Positions 28,889 to 38,883 of a DNA stretch of 64,000 bases are shown here, piece after piece. Source of the stretch: an uncultured bacterium (GTDB taxonomy: Bacteria > Fidelibacterota > Marinisomatia > Marinisomatales > UBA1611); assembly GCA_943788175.1 (NCBI GenBank), contig CALSPG010000007.1, forward strand, positions 1 through 64,000, given 5' to 3'. A model generated the notes under the pieces. It worked only from the letters and a program-made list of their open reading frames with translations. It did not search any database and was not told the DNA's origin. Numbering within the stretch: position 1 is the first letter of the stretch; every line of letters begins with the position of its first letter. The translations under genes and the position numbers were made by a program.

Positions 28889-29340
28889 GGTTTAATTATT
28901 TTATATTGATATTGATAAATCCCAACCTGCTTAGAGACCTCAACTAGATTAACAAATCTAAGTTTTGAGCTTTTTACTTTATCAGAAAAAAGAGAAACAC
29001 CTTCACCAAATATTTGTGGGTGCGGTGTAATGTAAATGTCAGTTAAAAAAGGGTAAAACCTAGAATACGTTTTACCACCACCAACAATAAAACATTTCTT
29101 TGATGAAATATTCTTTAAAACATCTCTTGGTCTATCATTTCTTTTTACTACTATTATATCTCGACCTTTTAATTCATTGGTTATCGTTTTTTTAGTATTG
29201 GATCCCATAATAATTGGATATCCCATCGTCTGCTTTTTAAAAAGCGATAGGTCTTTTGTCCAGGTTGTTATTTCGTTACTATGTCTAGCAATAAAGCCAT
29301 CTACTGTCACTGCTGCAATTAGTATAATTTCAGATGGCAA
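28885..29340 (-). CDS. Dihydrofolate reductase / RibD-C family protein
   Basis: IAAVTVDGFIA, DL..FK..TMG.PIIMG, IVGGG. Confidence 0.8.
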   Translation of the reverse strand: MPSEIILIAAVTVDGFIARHSNEITTWTKDLSLFKKQTMGYPIIMGSNTKKTITNELKGRDIIVVKRNDRPRDVLKNISSKKCFIVGGGKTYSRFYPFLTDIYITPHPQIFGEGVSLFSDKVKSSKLRFVNLVEVSKQVGIYQYQYKIIKP

Positions 29341-29368
29341 AATTATAATACGGTTGAGTTAAAGTTTT

Positions 29369-30793
29369 TTAACTGGTTTTTTTAGGTATATATAGATCTG
29401 TAACAGTTCCTTCAAAAACTTCTGCTGCATTTGCAAACGTCTCTCCTAGTGTTGGGTGAGGGTGAACTGTTAAACTAATATCTTCGGCGTCTGCACCCAT
29501 TTCAATGGCTAACGCACCTTCAGATATTAAATCACCCGCATTGGGACCAACTATTCCAACACCAATCGTTCTTTTTGTTTCTTTATCAAAAAGAATTTTT
29601 GTTCGCCCTTCATTTCTACCTAAAGCAAGAGACTTTCCACTAGCTGCCCAAGGGAACTCACCCTTTTCATAAGCAATGGATTTTTGTTTTGCTTCAGTTT
29701 CGGTTAAACCAACCCAGGCGATTTCTGGATCTGTAAAAATAACTGCTGGGATAGCTTTTGCATCAAAGGCAGCCGGTAAACCACATATCACTTCAGCCGC
29801 AACTTTTCCTTCATGTGTAGCTTTATGAGCTAACATAGGGTTCCCAACAATATCGCCAATAGCATATATGTTATCGACACTTGTTTTTTGATATTTATCA
29901 ACCGATATAAAACCTTGTTTATCTACTTTTATACCTGTCGTATTTACTCCCATTTTATCTGTGTTCGGCTTCCTACCAACGGAAACCAGAACTTGATCAT
30001 ATGTTTCAACACTTTCTTTTCCATTACGTTCCATTGTAACACTTAAACCTCCGGAAGAAGATTCCTCTACCTTAGTAATTTTAGTGGACAATAAAATTTG
30101 ATTGAATTCTTTTTTTAATTTTCGAGCTAATGGTTTTACTAAATCTGGATCAGCGCCAGGAAGCAGGTTAGGTAAAAACTCTGCAACACTTACAGTTGCA
30201 CCTAAAGCGCTAAAAACTGTTCCCATTTCTAAACCAATATAGCCACCACCAATGACAAGGAGACTATCGGGGATTTTCTTAAGATCGAGTGCTGTCTTTG
30301 AGGTCAACACATTGTCATTTTCAAAAGGAATCCCAGGTATAACGGATGAAGATGATCCAGCAGCAATAATACAATGATCAAACGTAACTGTTTCTTTTTT
30401 TGAATCTGTTTTTAATTCCACCTTTGTGTTTGATAAAAAAGTTGCCTCTGCTTGCACAGTTTCAACCTTCCTAGCTTTTGCCATTTGACCAATTCCATTT
30501 GACAATTGTGAAACAACCTTGTTTTTCCAATCTCTTACAGAATTAATATCTATTTTGGGTTTAGAGAAAGTAACACCCATTTTTTTCAAAGACTCTGCCT
30601 CTTCTAAAACCTTTGCTATATGCAAAAGTGTTTTTGAAGGAATACAACCCCTATTAAGACAGACCCCCCCGAGCGTTGGATCTTTATCAACCAACATTAC
30701 CTTCCGTCCAAGATCAGCGGCTCTAAAAGCAGCTGCATAACCACCTGGACCTGAACCAATTACCAGTATATCTATATGCTTATTTTTTACCAT
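29369..30793 (-). CDS. lpdA: Dihydrolipoamide dehydrogenase (E3)
   Basis: GSGPGGY, GGVCLNRGCIPSK, HPHPTLGE. Confidence 0.97.
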   Translation of the reverse strand: MVKNKHIDILVIGSGPGGYAAAFRAADLGRKVMLVDKDPTLGGVCLNRGCIPSKTLLHIAKVLEEAESLKKMGVTFSKPKIDINSVRDWKNKVVSQLSNGIGQMAKARKVETVQAEATFLSNTKVELKTDSKKETVTFDHCIIAAGSSSSVIPGIPFENDNVLTSKTALDLKKIPDSLLVIGGGYIGLEMGTVFSALGATVSVAEFLPNLLPGADPDLVKPLARKLKKEFNQILLSTKITKVEESSSGGLSVTMERNGKESVETYDQVLVSVGRKPNTDKMGVNTTGIKVDKQGFISVDKYQKTSVDNIYAIGDIVGNPMLAHKATHEGKVAAEVICGLPAAFDAKAIPAVIFTDPEIAWVGLTETEAKQKSIAYEKGEFPWAASGKSLALGRNEGRTKILFDKETKRTIGVGIVGPNAGDLISEGALAIEMGADAEDISLTVHPHPTLGETFANAAEVFEGTVTDLYIPKKTS

Positions 30794-30799
30794 TTAACA

Positions 30800-32038
30800 T
30801 TACTCGAAAGTAGACACATCAAGAAGAGATCTTGAAAAAAACGTTGTAAAAGAAGCACCAAGTGCACCATCTATAACACGGTGATCGTAAGACAGTGAGT
30901 ATGGCATAACAAAAGTTGGAATAATTTCTTTGTTTTTATGATCATATAATGGTTTCCAAGAGCTTTTAGAAATGCCCATAATTGCTACCTCTGGGGGGTT
31001 AATAATTGGAGAAAAGTTTGTTCCTCCAATTCCACCCAAACTAGAAATAGTAAAAGAACCACCTTTAAGTTCTTCAGGTCTTAGTTTTTTAGTTCTAGCT
31101 CTCTCACTTATATCCATTAATTCTTCGGAAAGACCTAATACCGATTTGTTATCTGCATCTTTTATAACAGGAACAACCAACCCTGTCGGCGTATCCACAG
31201 CTATACCAATGTTGAAATAATTTTTTTGAACCAAGTTTTCACCTAGGTGGTCTAAAGAACTATTAAAGCGAGGAAACTCTTTTAGAGCTTTGACAACTGC
31301 TTTAATAATAAAAGGTAAAAATGTTACTTTAATATTTTTTTTCAAACCCTCTTTCTTTAACTCTATTCGTTTTGTATTCAAAACAGATATGTCGGCCTCA
31401 TCAAACTGAGTAACGTGGGGTATTGTTTGCCAGGCTTGTTGTAATCTTTCACCAGTAATTTTTTGAATTTTTGATAACGGCGTATTTTCAACGACCCCCC
31501 ATTGAGAAAAATCAATTTTAGGAAAACTTGTGGCAGCTATTGATCCACTTTGGACCATTTTTTGTTTTATATAACCATGCAAATCCTCTTTTGTGATTCT
31601 ACCTTTTTCACCGGTTGCCCTAACTAACGATAAGTCAATTTCTAATTCTCTTGATAACTTTCTAACGCCTGGACTTGCAAATGTTTTGTCTGTAGATGGC
31701 CTTGTTTCTTGTTTTATTTCTACAGGTTTTACGATTTTTTCTACTACTTCCTTTGGGGTTTCTTCTGCTTTTTGAGTGTCTGGTTTATCTTTATCATCAG
31801 ATGTAATTTCAATAGAGAGAAGCGACTCACCGGTTTTAACCTCATCTCCCATAACAACAAAAACCTCTTTTACTGTTCCACTGTTTTCTGAGGGGATTTC
31901 CATACTGGCTTTATCTGATTCCAATACTAATATAATATCATCTACAGAAACGGTGTCTCCGGGTTTAATTAAAATTTCACTTACATCAGCCGAATCAATA
32001 CCTTCGCCTAGATCTGGTAATACAATTTTTTTTAACAT
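30800..32038 (-). CDS. aceF: Pyruvate dehydrogenase E2, single lipoyl domain
   Basis: ESDKASMEIP, ASPGVRKL, SYDHRVIDG. Confidence 0.95.
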   Translation of the reverse strand: MLKKIVLPDLGEGIDSADVSEILIKPGDTVSVDDIILVLESDKASMEIPSENSGTVKEVFVVMGDEVKTGESLLSIEITSDDKDKPDTQKAEETPKEVVEKIVKPVEIKQETRPSTDKTFASPGVRKLSRELEIDLSLVRATGEKGRITKEDLHGYIKQKMVQSGSIAATSFPKIDFSQWGVVENTPLSKIQKITGERLQQAWQTIPHVTQFDEADISVLNTKRIELKKEGLKKNIKVTFLPFIIKAVVKALKEFPRFNSSLDHLGENLVQKNYFNIGIAVDTPTGLVVPVIKDADNKSVLGLSEELMDISERARTKKLRPEELKGGSFTISSLGGIGGTNFSPIINPPEVAIMGISKSSWKPLYDHKNKEIIPTFVMPYSLSYDHRVIDGALGASFTTFFSRSLLDVSTFE

Positions 32039-32039
32039 A

Positions 32040-34691
32040 TCATACCGTTATTGGGTTGGGTTTAGTTGAATCTATATTATATTTTTTCATCACCTCATTA
32101 GCCACGCTCATCTTTATTTTCCCCTCATTTACCAATGCGCGAATTGCTGTTAGAACAATATAATATCGATCGACTTCAAAAAAGTGTCTAAGGTTTTCCC
32201 TCGTGTCACTGCGTCCAAAACCATCTGTTCCAAGTGAATAAAAAGAACCAGAAACAAACGGTGAAACTTGCTCTGTGGACATTTTTACATAATCAGAAAC
32301 CGCAACAGTGGGAACAAGGTTTTTATTTAAAGACTTTTCTATGTGTGATTGTTTAGGTTTTTTACCAGGGTTCATTAAGTTCCATCTTTCTACTTCTTCA
32401 GCTTCTCTTCTTAATTCAGTAAAAGAGGTTACGTTCCAAATTCCCGCTTCAATACCCCAATCATCGTTTAAAAGTTTTGAAGCTTCAATAACCTCATTCA
32501 ATAATGGTCCACTACCAAGTAGCCTTATTGTTGGGTTTTTTGTTGAATGTAATTTATACATTCCTTTGATAATGTTTTTTTCAATGCCTTTGGGCATTGT
32601 TGGGTGTACGTAGTTTTCATTTTCTAGAGTTAGGTAATAAATAACATCTTTTTGTTCATAAAACATTTCTTTTATTCCGTGTTGAACAACAACAGCTATT
32701 TCATAAGCATATGCCAAATCATACGCCTTAACATTCGGTGTTACGGCTGCTGCTATATGACTATGTCCATCTTGATGTTGCAACCCTTCACCATTTAATG
32801 TTGTTCTTCCAGCTGTACCTCCAAGTAAAAATCCACGAACACGCATATCACCAGCTGCCCAGATAAAATCCCAAACTCTTTGAAAACCAAACATAGAATA
32901 ATAAATATAGAAAGGTATCATGTTTTCACCGGTGGTCTGATATGACATTCCCGCAGCTATGAAAGACGATATAGCCCCAGCTTCGTTGATACCTTCTTCA
33001 AAAATTTGTCCATTGATAGCTTCTTTATAATATAAAAACTGATCTGAATCAACAGGTTCATATAGTTGACCCCTGTGTGCATATATACCAAGCTGCCTAA
33101 AGAGTGGGTCCATTCCAAATGTTCTTGCTTCGTCAGGGATAATAGGAACAATGTTTTTCCCTACTTTTTTGTCTCTACATAGAATTGTTAATAACCGAAC
33201 AAACGCCATTGTTGTTGATATAGCTCTTTCGCCAGTGCCATCTAACAACTCTTGGAAAATTTTTACATTTGGGGGTGTCATTTTTTTGTTTCTAACAACC
33301 CTACTTGGTAGTGATCCACCAAGTTCTATTCTTCTGTTTTTTAAATACTTTATTTCTTTGCTGCTTGATGCTGGTTTAAAAAATGGCGCCTTTACAGCTT
33401 CTTTATCAGTTAAACCAACATTGAAACGATCTCTAAAATAAAGAAGTTCATCTTCGTTTAGCTTTTTTTGATTGTGCGTTATGTTGCGACCTTCGCCTGC
33501 CGTACCCATTCCATAACCTTTAATCGTTCTAGCAAGTATTACCGTTGGTTTTCCTTTGTGCTCAGTTGCTTCTTTATATGCAGCGTACATTTTAACCGGG
33601 TCATGACCACCAAGTTTCATTGAAATCAACTCATCATCACTTAAGTGAGACACAAGATCTAATGTTTCAGGGTATTTACCAAAAAAATGTTTTCTAAAAT
33701 ATGCGCCACCCTCAACAACATATTTTAAAAGGTCACCATCGATAACTTCATCCATTCTTTGTAATAGTTTTCCAGAGATATCTTTTTCAATTAATGCATC
33801 CCAATCAGAACCCCAGATAACCTTTATAACATTCCAACCCGCGCCACGAAAAGCTCCTTCAAGTTCTTGGATGACTTTAGAGTTACCACGAACCGGTCCA
33901 TCTAACCTTTGAAGGTTACAGTTTACAACAAAAATTAAATTATCTAACTCTTCTTTCGATGCAAGTGTTAATGCACCTTTTGACTCTGGTTCATCCATTT
34001 CACCATCACCTAAAAAAGCCCAAACCTTTCTATCTGTTTTTTTGTATATCCCGCGGTCAGTGATATAACTAAGAAACCGAGCTTGATAAATAGCCATAAT
34101 AGGACCGAGCCCCATTGACACTGTTGCAAATTGCCAAAAGTCTGGCATTAAATATGGGTGTGGGTATGACGAAAGTCCGCCAGGTGTAAGCTCTCTTCTA
34201 AAACTTTCTAAGTTTTTATCACTAAGACGTCCCTCAACATATGCTCTGGCATACATTCCCGGTGAACCGTGTCCTTGAAAAAAGATTAAATCTCCTCCGT
34301 TCGGATGGTCTGGTCCTTTAAAAAAATGATTAAAAGCGACTTCATATAAATTTGAAGAAGATGCATATGTTGAAATATGGCCACCAATTCCAGGTGTGTT
34401 TGTGTTTGCTCGAACTACCATAGCCATAGCATTCCAACGAATAATTGATTTTATTTTTCTCTCAACGTCTTTATCACCAGGGTATTCTGGCTCATCTTTT
34501 GGTTGTATAGTGTTAATAAATGGTGTGTTCGTATTAAAAGGAAGCCTTGCTCCTTTTGCTTGGGCATAATCAATAAGTTCTTCTAATAAAAAACGTGTTC
34601 TGGCATGACCATGTTCCTCTAGGGCATCGTCAATCGAGTCTAACCACTCTTGCGTTTCTTGTGGGTCTGTATCTTTGTAGTGTTTTGACAA
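32040..34691 (-). CDS. aceE: Pyruvate dehydrogenase E1, homodimeric type
   Basis: DPQETQEW, IRWNAMAMV, GDGEMDEPES, GEGLQHQDG, GTDGFGRSD. Confidence 0.97.
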   Translation of the reverse strand: MSKHYKDTDPQETQEWLDSIDDALEEHGHARTRFLLEELIDYAQAKGARLPFNTNTPFINTIQPKDEPEYPGDKDVERKIKSIIRWNAMAMVVRANTNTPGIGGHISTYASSSNLYEVAFNHFFKGPDHPNGGDLIFFQGHGSPGMYARAYVEGRLSDKNLESFRRELTPGGLSSYPHPYLMPDFWQFATVSMGLGPIMAIYQARFLSYITDRGIYKKTDRKVWAFLGDGEMDEPESKGALTLASKEELDNLIFVVNCNLQRLDGPVRGNSKVIQELEGAFRGAGWNVIKVIWGSDWDALIEKDISGKLLQRMDEVIDGDLLKYVVEGGAYFRKHFFGKYPETLDLVSHLSDDELISMKLGGHDPVKMYAAYKEATEHKGKPTVILARTIKGYGMGTAGEGRNITHNQKKLNEDELLYFRDRFNVGLTDKEAVKAPFFKPASSSKEIKYLKNRRIELGGSLPSRVVRNKKMTPPNVKIFQELLDGTGERAISTTMAFVRLLTILCRDKKVGKNIVPIIPDEARTFGMDPLFRQLGIYAHRGQLYEPVDSDQFLYYKEAINGQIFEEGINEAGAISSFIAAGMSYQTTGENMIPFYIYYSMFGFQRVWDFIWAAGDMRVRGFLLGGTAGRTTLNGEGLQHQDGHSHIAAAVTPNVKAYDLAYAYEIAVVVQHGIKEMFYEQKDVIYYLTLENENYVHPTMPKGIEKNIIKGMYKLHSTKNPTIRLLGSGPLLNEVIEASKLLNDDWGIEAGIWNVTSFTELRREAEEVERWNLMNPGKKPKQSHIEKSLNKNLVPTVAVSDYVKMSTEQVSPFVSGSFYSLGTDGFGRSDTRENLRHFFEVDRYYIVLTAIRALVNEGKIKMSVANEVMKKYNIDSTKPNPITV

Positions 34692-34734
34692 AATAATATT
34701 GAATATTAAGAGCTAAATCTAATACATTTATGTG

Positions 34735-36159
34735 CTAGACATCTATTTCTTTCCAATCCCCTTTTTTCATTTTTAGCGACAAAATGATAGCCATTAGGAA
34801 TAAATAAATTGCAAAGGCTATAAAGGGGCTTTTAAACCCGCCACCCAAAACAACGCCCGTATAGTAACTGAAGGGGAGCATAAACCCCCATATAAGTGAA
34901 GATTCTACCAATGCTGGAAATAGGGTGTTCCCAGCACCTGTCAAAGCTAAAAAAAGTGTAAAACAAATTGCATCAATAAACTGTAAAAAACCAATCAACC
35001 TGAGTCCCCACACCCCAAGTTGAAGAATGTTTGGGTCGCTTGTAAATAATAATAGTATAAACTTTGGAAATAAAATAAATATAATTCCCATTGTGCCCAT
35101 AATGTATTCAGCAATCCTAAGCGACTCTTTAATACTTTGTTCTGATTTTTCTATTTCCTTAGAACCCATGTATTTTCCAACAAGGGTGGCACAAGCCTGA
35201 CCAACTCCCATTGCAGGCATAAACGATGCATGCATTACCGTAAACAATAATTGTGTTGTTGCTAACTCAACAATTCCAATTATTGACATTATTTTGTAAA
35301 AAAAAGAATAACCAACAGCTATCATCATTTCTTGACTTCCCATTGGAACAGATAGTTTGATTTGTTTTTTTAACATCTCAACGTCAAAACCAAGATTTAT
35401 AATCCCTTTATTTTCTATTATTATTTCCTGTTTTTTTAAATAATAAGAATAGTGAAACATCATCCAAGCTGAGGAAATTAAAGTGCCAATTGCCGCGCCA
35501 GTAACACCCATACCATCAAAATCAGCCCAAAACCACAAAGAGGACAAGTCAAAAAGACCATTGGTTTTTACGCTTAATGCTTGGGCAAGTCCTTCTTTTC
35601 CATAGATTAGACCAGCGTTTAGGTATGCATTAATTACATTGCTTGTTATTGTAACACTTAGGTGAACTTTCGTTTTTTCAATACCGGTATAAAACCCTTG
35701 AAAGACAAAGCTTATAGCATTAAAAAAAACACCTGCAGATGAAATACTTAAATAACTTATTGCGATTGGAGCTGTTGTGCTATCAGAAATAAAAAAAGGA
35801 ATAATCCAATATCCATATACCCAACCAATAATTGAAATTGGAATTGAATATATTGAAGCTAGCAAAAGCCCATTATTTAGAGCTTTTATGCATTCTTGTT
35901 TTTTGTTTTGGCCTAAGCGTCTAGATGTAATCGTTTGAACAGAGGTTCTAATTCCAAGAACAATACTTAGTGCTCCCCATGATAACATACCTCCCATACC
36001 GGTTGCAGCAAGCGCTTCAGGGCCAAGGTGACCAACCATCGCTACATCTACCAAACTCATAATTACACGGCTTAAATTGCTTATAATTACGGGAAAAGCG
36101 AGAAACCAAACGGCTTTAAATATTTTAAAGTCTCCTGGAAATAAAAGTGTTTTTAACAC
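34735..36159 (-). CDS. MATE family efflux transporter
   Basis: DVAMVGHLG..ALAA, GVTGAAIGT, about 12 TM segments. Confidence 0.88.
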   Translation of the reverse strand: MLKTLLFPGDFKIFKAVWFLAFPVIISNLSRVIMSLVDVAMVGHLGPEALAATGMGGMLSWGALSIVLGIRTSVQTITSRRLGQNKKQECIKALNNGLLLASIYSIPISIIGWVYGYWIIPFFISDSTTAPIAISYLSISSAGVFFNAISFVFQGFYTGIEKTKVHLSVTITSNVINAYLNAGLIYGKEGLAQALSVKTNGLFDLSSLWFWADFDGMGVTGAAIGTLISSAWMMFHYSYYLKKQEIIIENKGIINLGFDVEMLKKQIKLSVPMGSQEMMIAVGYSFFYKIMSIIGIVELATTQLLFTVMHASFMPAMGVGQACATLVGKYMGSKEIEKSEQSIKESLRIAEYIMGTMGIIFILFPKFILLLFTSDPNILQLGVWGLRLIGFLQFIDAICFTLFLALTGAGNTLFPALVESSLIWGFMLPFSYYTGVVLGGGFKSPFIAFAIYLFLMAIILSLKMKKGDWKEIDV

Positions 36160-36162
36160 TGT

Positions 36163-36447
36163 CTATGTAACAATATAATTGAAAACCGTTTTGATTTGGT
36201 TTTCTTCTAAATATCGTTTCGTTTTACTACAAACAGGAGCAGTGGTAGCGAGAAATTTTTTTGTGCTTTTTTGTGCTTGTATAGACTTTGCAATATCAAC
36301 GATTTTTATTCCGTCTTTCATAATAATTCGAGACTTTATATTTTTAACTATGTAAATATTTTTGTTTAAATCTATTGCTAGTTTTGATCTTGGTGGTGCG
36401 CCGACAGTAAGTGGATTAATTTCTTTTAATTTAATAATATTATTCAT
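36163..36447 (-). CDS. Small basic hypothetical protein
   Basis: 94-aa ATG-initiated ORF ending 3 nt before the MATE start. Confidence 0.6.
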   Translation of the reverse strand: MNNIIKLKEINPLTVGAPPRSKLAIDLNKNIYIVKNIKSRIIMKDGIKIVDIAKSIQAQKSTKKFLATTAPVCSKTKRYLEENQIKTVFNYIVT

Positions 36448-36494
36448 TGCGTTCTTTTTGACATTTAACGTGAGAAGTTTATGTATTTTTTAAT

Positions 36495-37391
36495 ATGAAA
36501 TTTACTTTATCCAAAAGTGTAAAGCATGCGATAAATAACAACAAGCCGGTTTTGGCTCTAGAGTCTACTATAATCGCCAGTGGGATGCCGTATCCACAAA
36601 ACATTGAATTTCAAAACAAAGCAGAACGTATTTGTGCTAAGCTGGGTGTTGTACCTGCTACTATTGCCATCATTAAAGGTGTTGTGCATATTGGGCTTGG
36701 TTCAAAAGAATTAAACTTCATAGCAACAAACTCATCTGTTAAGAAAATATCAAAAAGAGAAATTGGTATTTGTTTAGAAAAAAACATTTCTGGAGCAACA
36801 ACAGTCAGTAGCACTTCTCACCTTGCTCACTTGGCAGGTATTAAGGTTTTTTCGACAGGGGGAATTGGTGGGGTTCATCGAGGCTACAAAAAATCACTTG
36901 ATATGTCACAAGACCTTTTTTCCTTAAGTCGAACTCCAATAGTGGTTGTCTGTTCCGGTGTTAAATCTTTTTTAAATGTGGAAAAAACAATAGAGGCCCT
37001 CGAAACATTTGGTGTAACAACGGTTGGATATAAAACAAACAGCTTTCCACTATTTTATTCTTCAAAATCTAAAAACAAACTCCAATATAGTTTTGACACC
37101 GTGGGTGGTTTAATTGGCACGTATAGGGAAAACATTAAAAATAAATTACAAAGCTCCCTCTTGGTTCTAAACCCCGTACCAAAAAAAGATGAAATCATAG
37201 AAGAAAAAATTAAAAGCATTGTTTCTAAATCAATTTCTAAAATGGATAAACTCGGAATTGTTGGAAATAAAACAACTCCTTTTTTGTTAAGTGAAATCGC
37301 AGAAAAGACAAAAAACAAGAGTCTAGAAACAAATATATCTCTTGCGTTAAACAATATAAAGCTTGGAGCAACAATAGCTCTTAAAATGTAG
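36495..37391 (+). CDS. psuG: Pseudouridine-5'-phosphate glycosidase
   Basis: ALESTII..GMPYPQN, PATIA, GATTVS, TGGIGGVHRG, TPFLL. Confidence 0.92.
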   Translation: MKFTLSKSVKHAINNNKPVLALESTIIASGMPYPQNIEFQNKAERICAKLGVVPATIAIIKGVVHIGLGSKELNFIATNSSVKKISKREIGICLEKNISGATTVSSTSHLAHLAGIKVFSTGGIGGVHRGYKKSLDMSQDLFSLSRTPIVVVCSGVKSFLNVEKTIEALETFGVTTVGYKTNSFPLFYSSKSKNKLQYSFDTVGGLIGTYRENIKNKLQSSLLVLNPVPKKDEIIEEKIKSIVSKSISKMDKLGIVGNKTTPFLLSEIAEKTKNKSLETNISLALNNIKLGATIALKM

Positions 37392-37432
37392 GTGTTTGAC
37401 ACTTTGGCACTATAATTAAGATGGAATAAAAA

Positions 37433-37678
37433 TTGAAAGAGTTAATTATGAATAACTTGAAACAACTAATGCTAAACCACCCGACTTTATCAATCTTACT
37501 GATTCTGCCTTTTTCACTAATGTTTGTTTTTGCCTTATTTGGTTTAATTATTAACGTTTTACTTCCTTTTATATTTGCTTTGTGGATAGCAAATTGGGTT
37601 TATGGGGTTATTGTTGGCTCTTCAATGGTAAAACCGATGTACGAACCTTTTTGGGTCGTGAGGTCAAAAAAACTTTAA
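37433..37678 (+). CDS. Small membrane protein (2 TM), unknown function
   Basis: Hydrophobic 81-aa ORF filling the gap between psuG and the convergent gene. Confidence 0.6.
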   Translation: MKELIMNNLKQLMLNHPTLSILLILPFSLMFVFALFGLIINVLLPFIFALWIANWVYGVIVGSSMVKPMYEPFWVVRSKKL

Positions 37679-37684
37679 CCAGAT

Positions 37685-38191
37685 TTAATTCTTATTTTCT
37701 AAAACACCAAAACATTTAACACTTACACCAACATAGTGCCAAAGAGTTGCTGTTATAGCACAACACTCTGAAAACACAACACCTTCCTGTGTTTCAGTGG
37801 TTTTAAACCTTTTAGGACCGAGTGTTTGAACGGTGGTTTTTTTAAGTTTAGATGTTTTTTCATAAACCTTAGACATATCTGGAAACATTGGAAATTCTTC
37901 GTGTGGGGTTCGACCTCGAAGAAAAAACAAACCAGACCTATTAATGTGGTCGGTTATTAAAACGTTGTGCTCTATTCCTCTTATTCTATCATACATATGA
38001 ATTTCTTTTATGTTGTATGTTTTTTTTAAGCCTAAAACATTGGAGGGAGACAATGAAAACTTGTTAAACCTGGTTGGTTTTATAAAAACATTGTTCTTTT
38101 TTTCGTTTATGGTATGTCCAAATAAGGTTTTGTGAAAAACACTGTTAAAACCAAATGTTTTTGGGTTACTATTAAAATAATAGAATTTCAA
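37685..38191 (-). CDS. Truncated/degenerate purine-nucleoside-phosphorylase-like protein
   Basis: ITDHIN.SG..LRG, FPDMS.VY and LGP.RF.T match the central part of trimeric PNP/MTAP proteins; only 168 aa. Confidence 0.55.
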   Translation of the reverse strand: MKFYYFNSNPKTFGFNSVFHKTLFGHTINEKKNNVFIKPTRFNKFSLSPSNVLGLKKTYNIKEIHMYDRIRGIEHNVLITDHINRSGLFFLRGRTPHEEFPMFPDMSKVYEKTSKLKKTTVQTLGPKRFKTTETQEGVVFSECCAITATLWHYVGVSVKCFGVLENKN

Positions 38192-38194
38192 ATT

Positions 38195-38881
38195 TTAATA
38201 ATCTCTGGAACCAAAAAGACCTGTTCCCACTCGAACCATCGTTGAACCCTCTTCTACTCCCAACTCAAAATCGTTTGTCATTCCCATCGACAATTCTTTA
38301 AGAATGTTTCTTCCAAGTTCTTGGTTTATTTTGTCTTTTAAATCACGAAGTGCTGAAAATGAGTTTTTGATTTTTTTTTCATCTAATGTATTGGGACCAA
38401 TTGTCATTAAACCTACAATTTCTAAATTTTGTAATGAAAAACAAGAAATCAACTCATTGGATATAGTAGGTGAAAAACCGTTTTTTTGAGGCTCCCCACT
38501 TGTGTTTATTTCAATTAAACACTCTGTTTTTTGAGTTCTTTTTTGAGAAGCGTTGTTTATCTTGTTTGCTGTTTTAAAAGTATCGACACTGTCAATAGTA
38601 TCAAAAAGATCAAGGCACTTATTTATTTTATTCGACTGAAGGTGACCAATAAACCTTTTTTTTAATGTTTTAAAACCTTGGAAGTCAACAAACTTGTTTT
38701 CGGCTTCTTGAACCCTGTTTTCACCAATGCTAGTAACACCCAGACTGTAGCACTTCTCTATTTGTGATATATCTCTAGTTTTTGTCGCCGCTATTAACTC
38801 AACTTTTTGTTTAAAGGATGATTTTTTTTTAGCAACCTCAATTTTTTCTAGAACTATTTTTAATTTATGTTCAAGGTCCAA
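38195..38881 (-). CDS. yggS: PLP homeostasis protein (YggS/PROSC)
   Basis: AATKT, GENRVQE, FIGHLQSNK, GLMTI, LSMGM, GSTMVRVGT. Confidence 0.95.
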   Translation of the reverse strand: MDLEHKLKIVLEKIEVAKKKSSFKQKVELIAATKTRDISQIEKCYSLGVTSIGENRVQEAENKFVDFQGFKTLKKRFIGHLQSNKINKCLDLFDTIDSVDTFKTANKINNASQKRTQKTECLIEINTSGEPQKNGFSPTISNELISCFSLQNLEIVGLMTIGPNTLDEKKIKNSFSALRDLKDKINQELGRNILKELSMGMTNDFELGVEEGSTMVRVGTGLFGSRDY

Positions 38882-38883
38882 CT

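Noticed and set aside
36590-36598. Isolated DnaA-box-like GTATCCACA in psuG (also near 31191)
   Set aside because: Single, mismatched, inside coding sequence; expected by chance.
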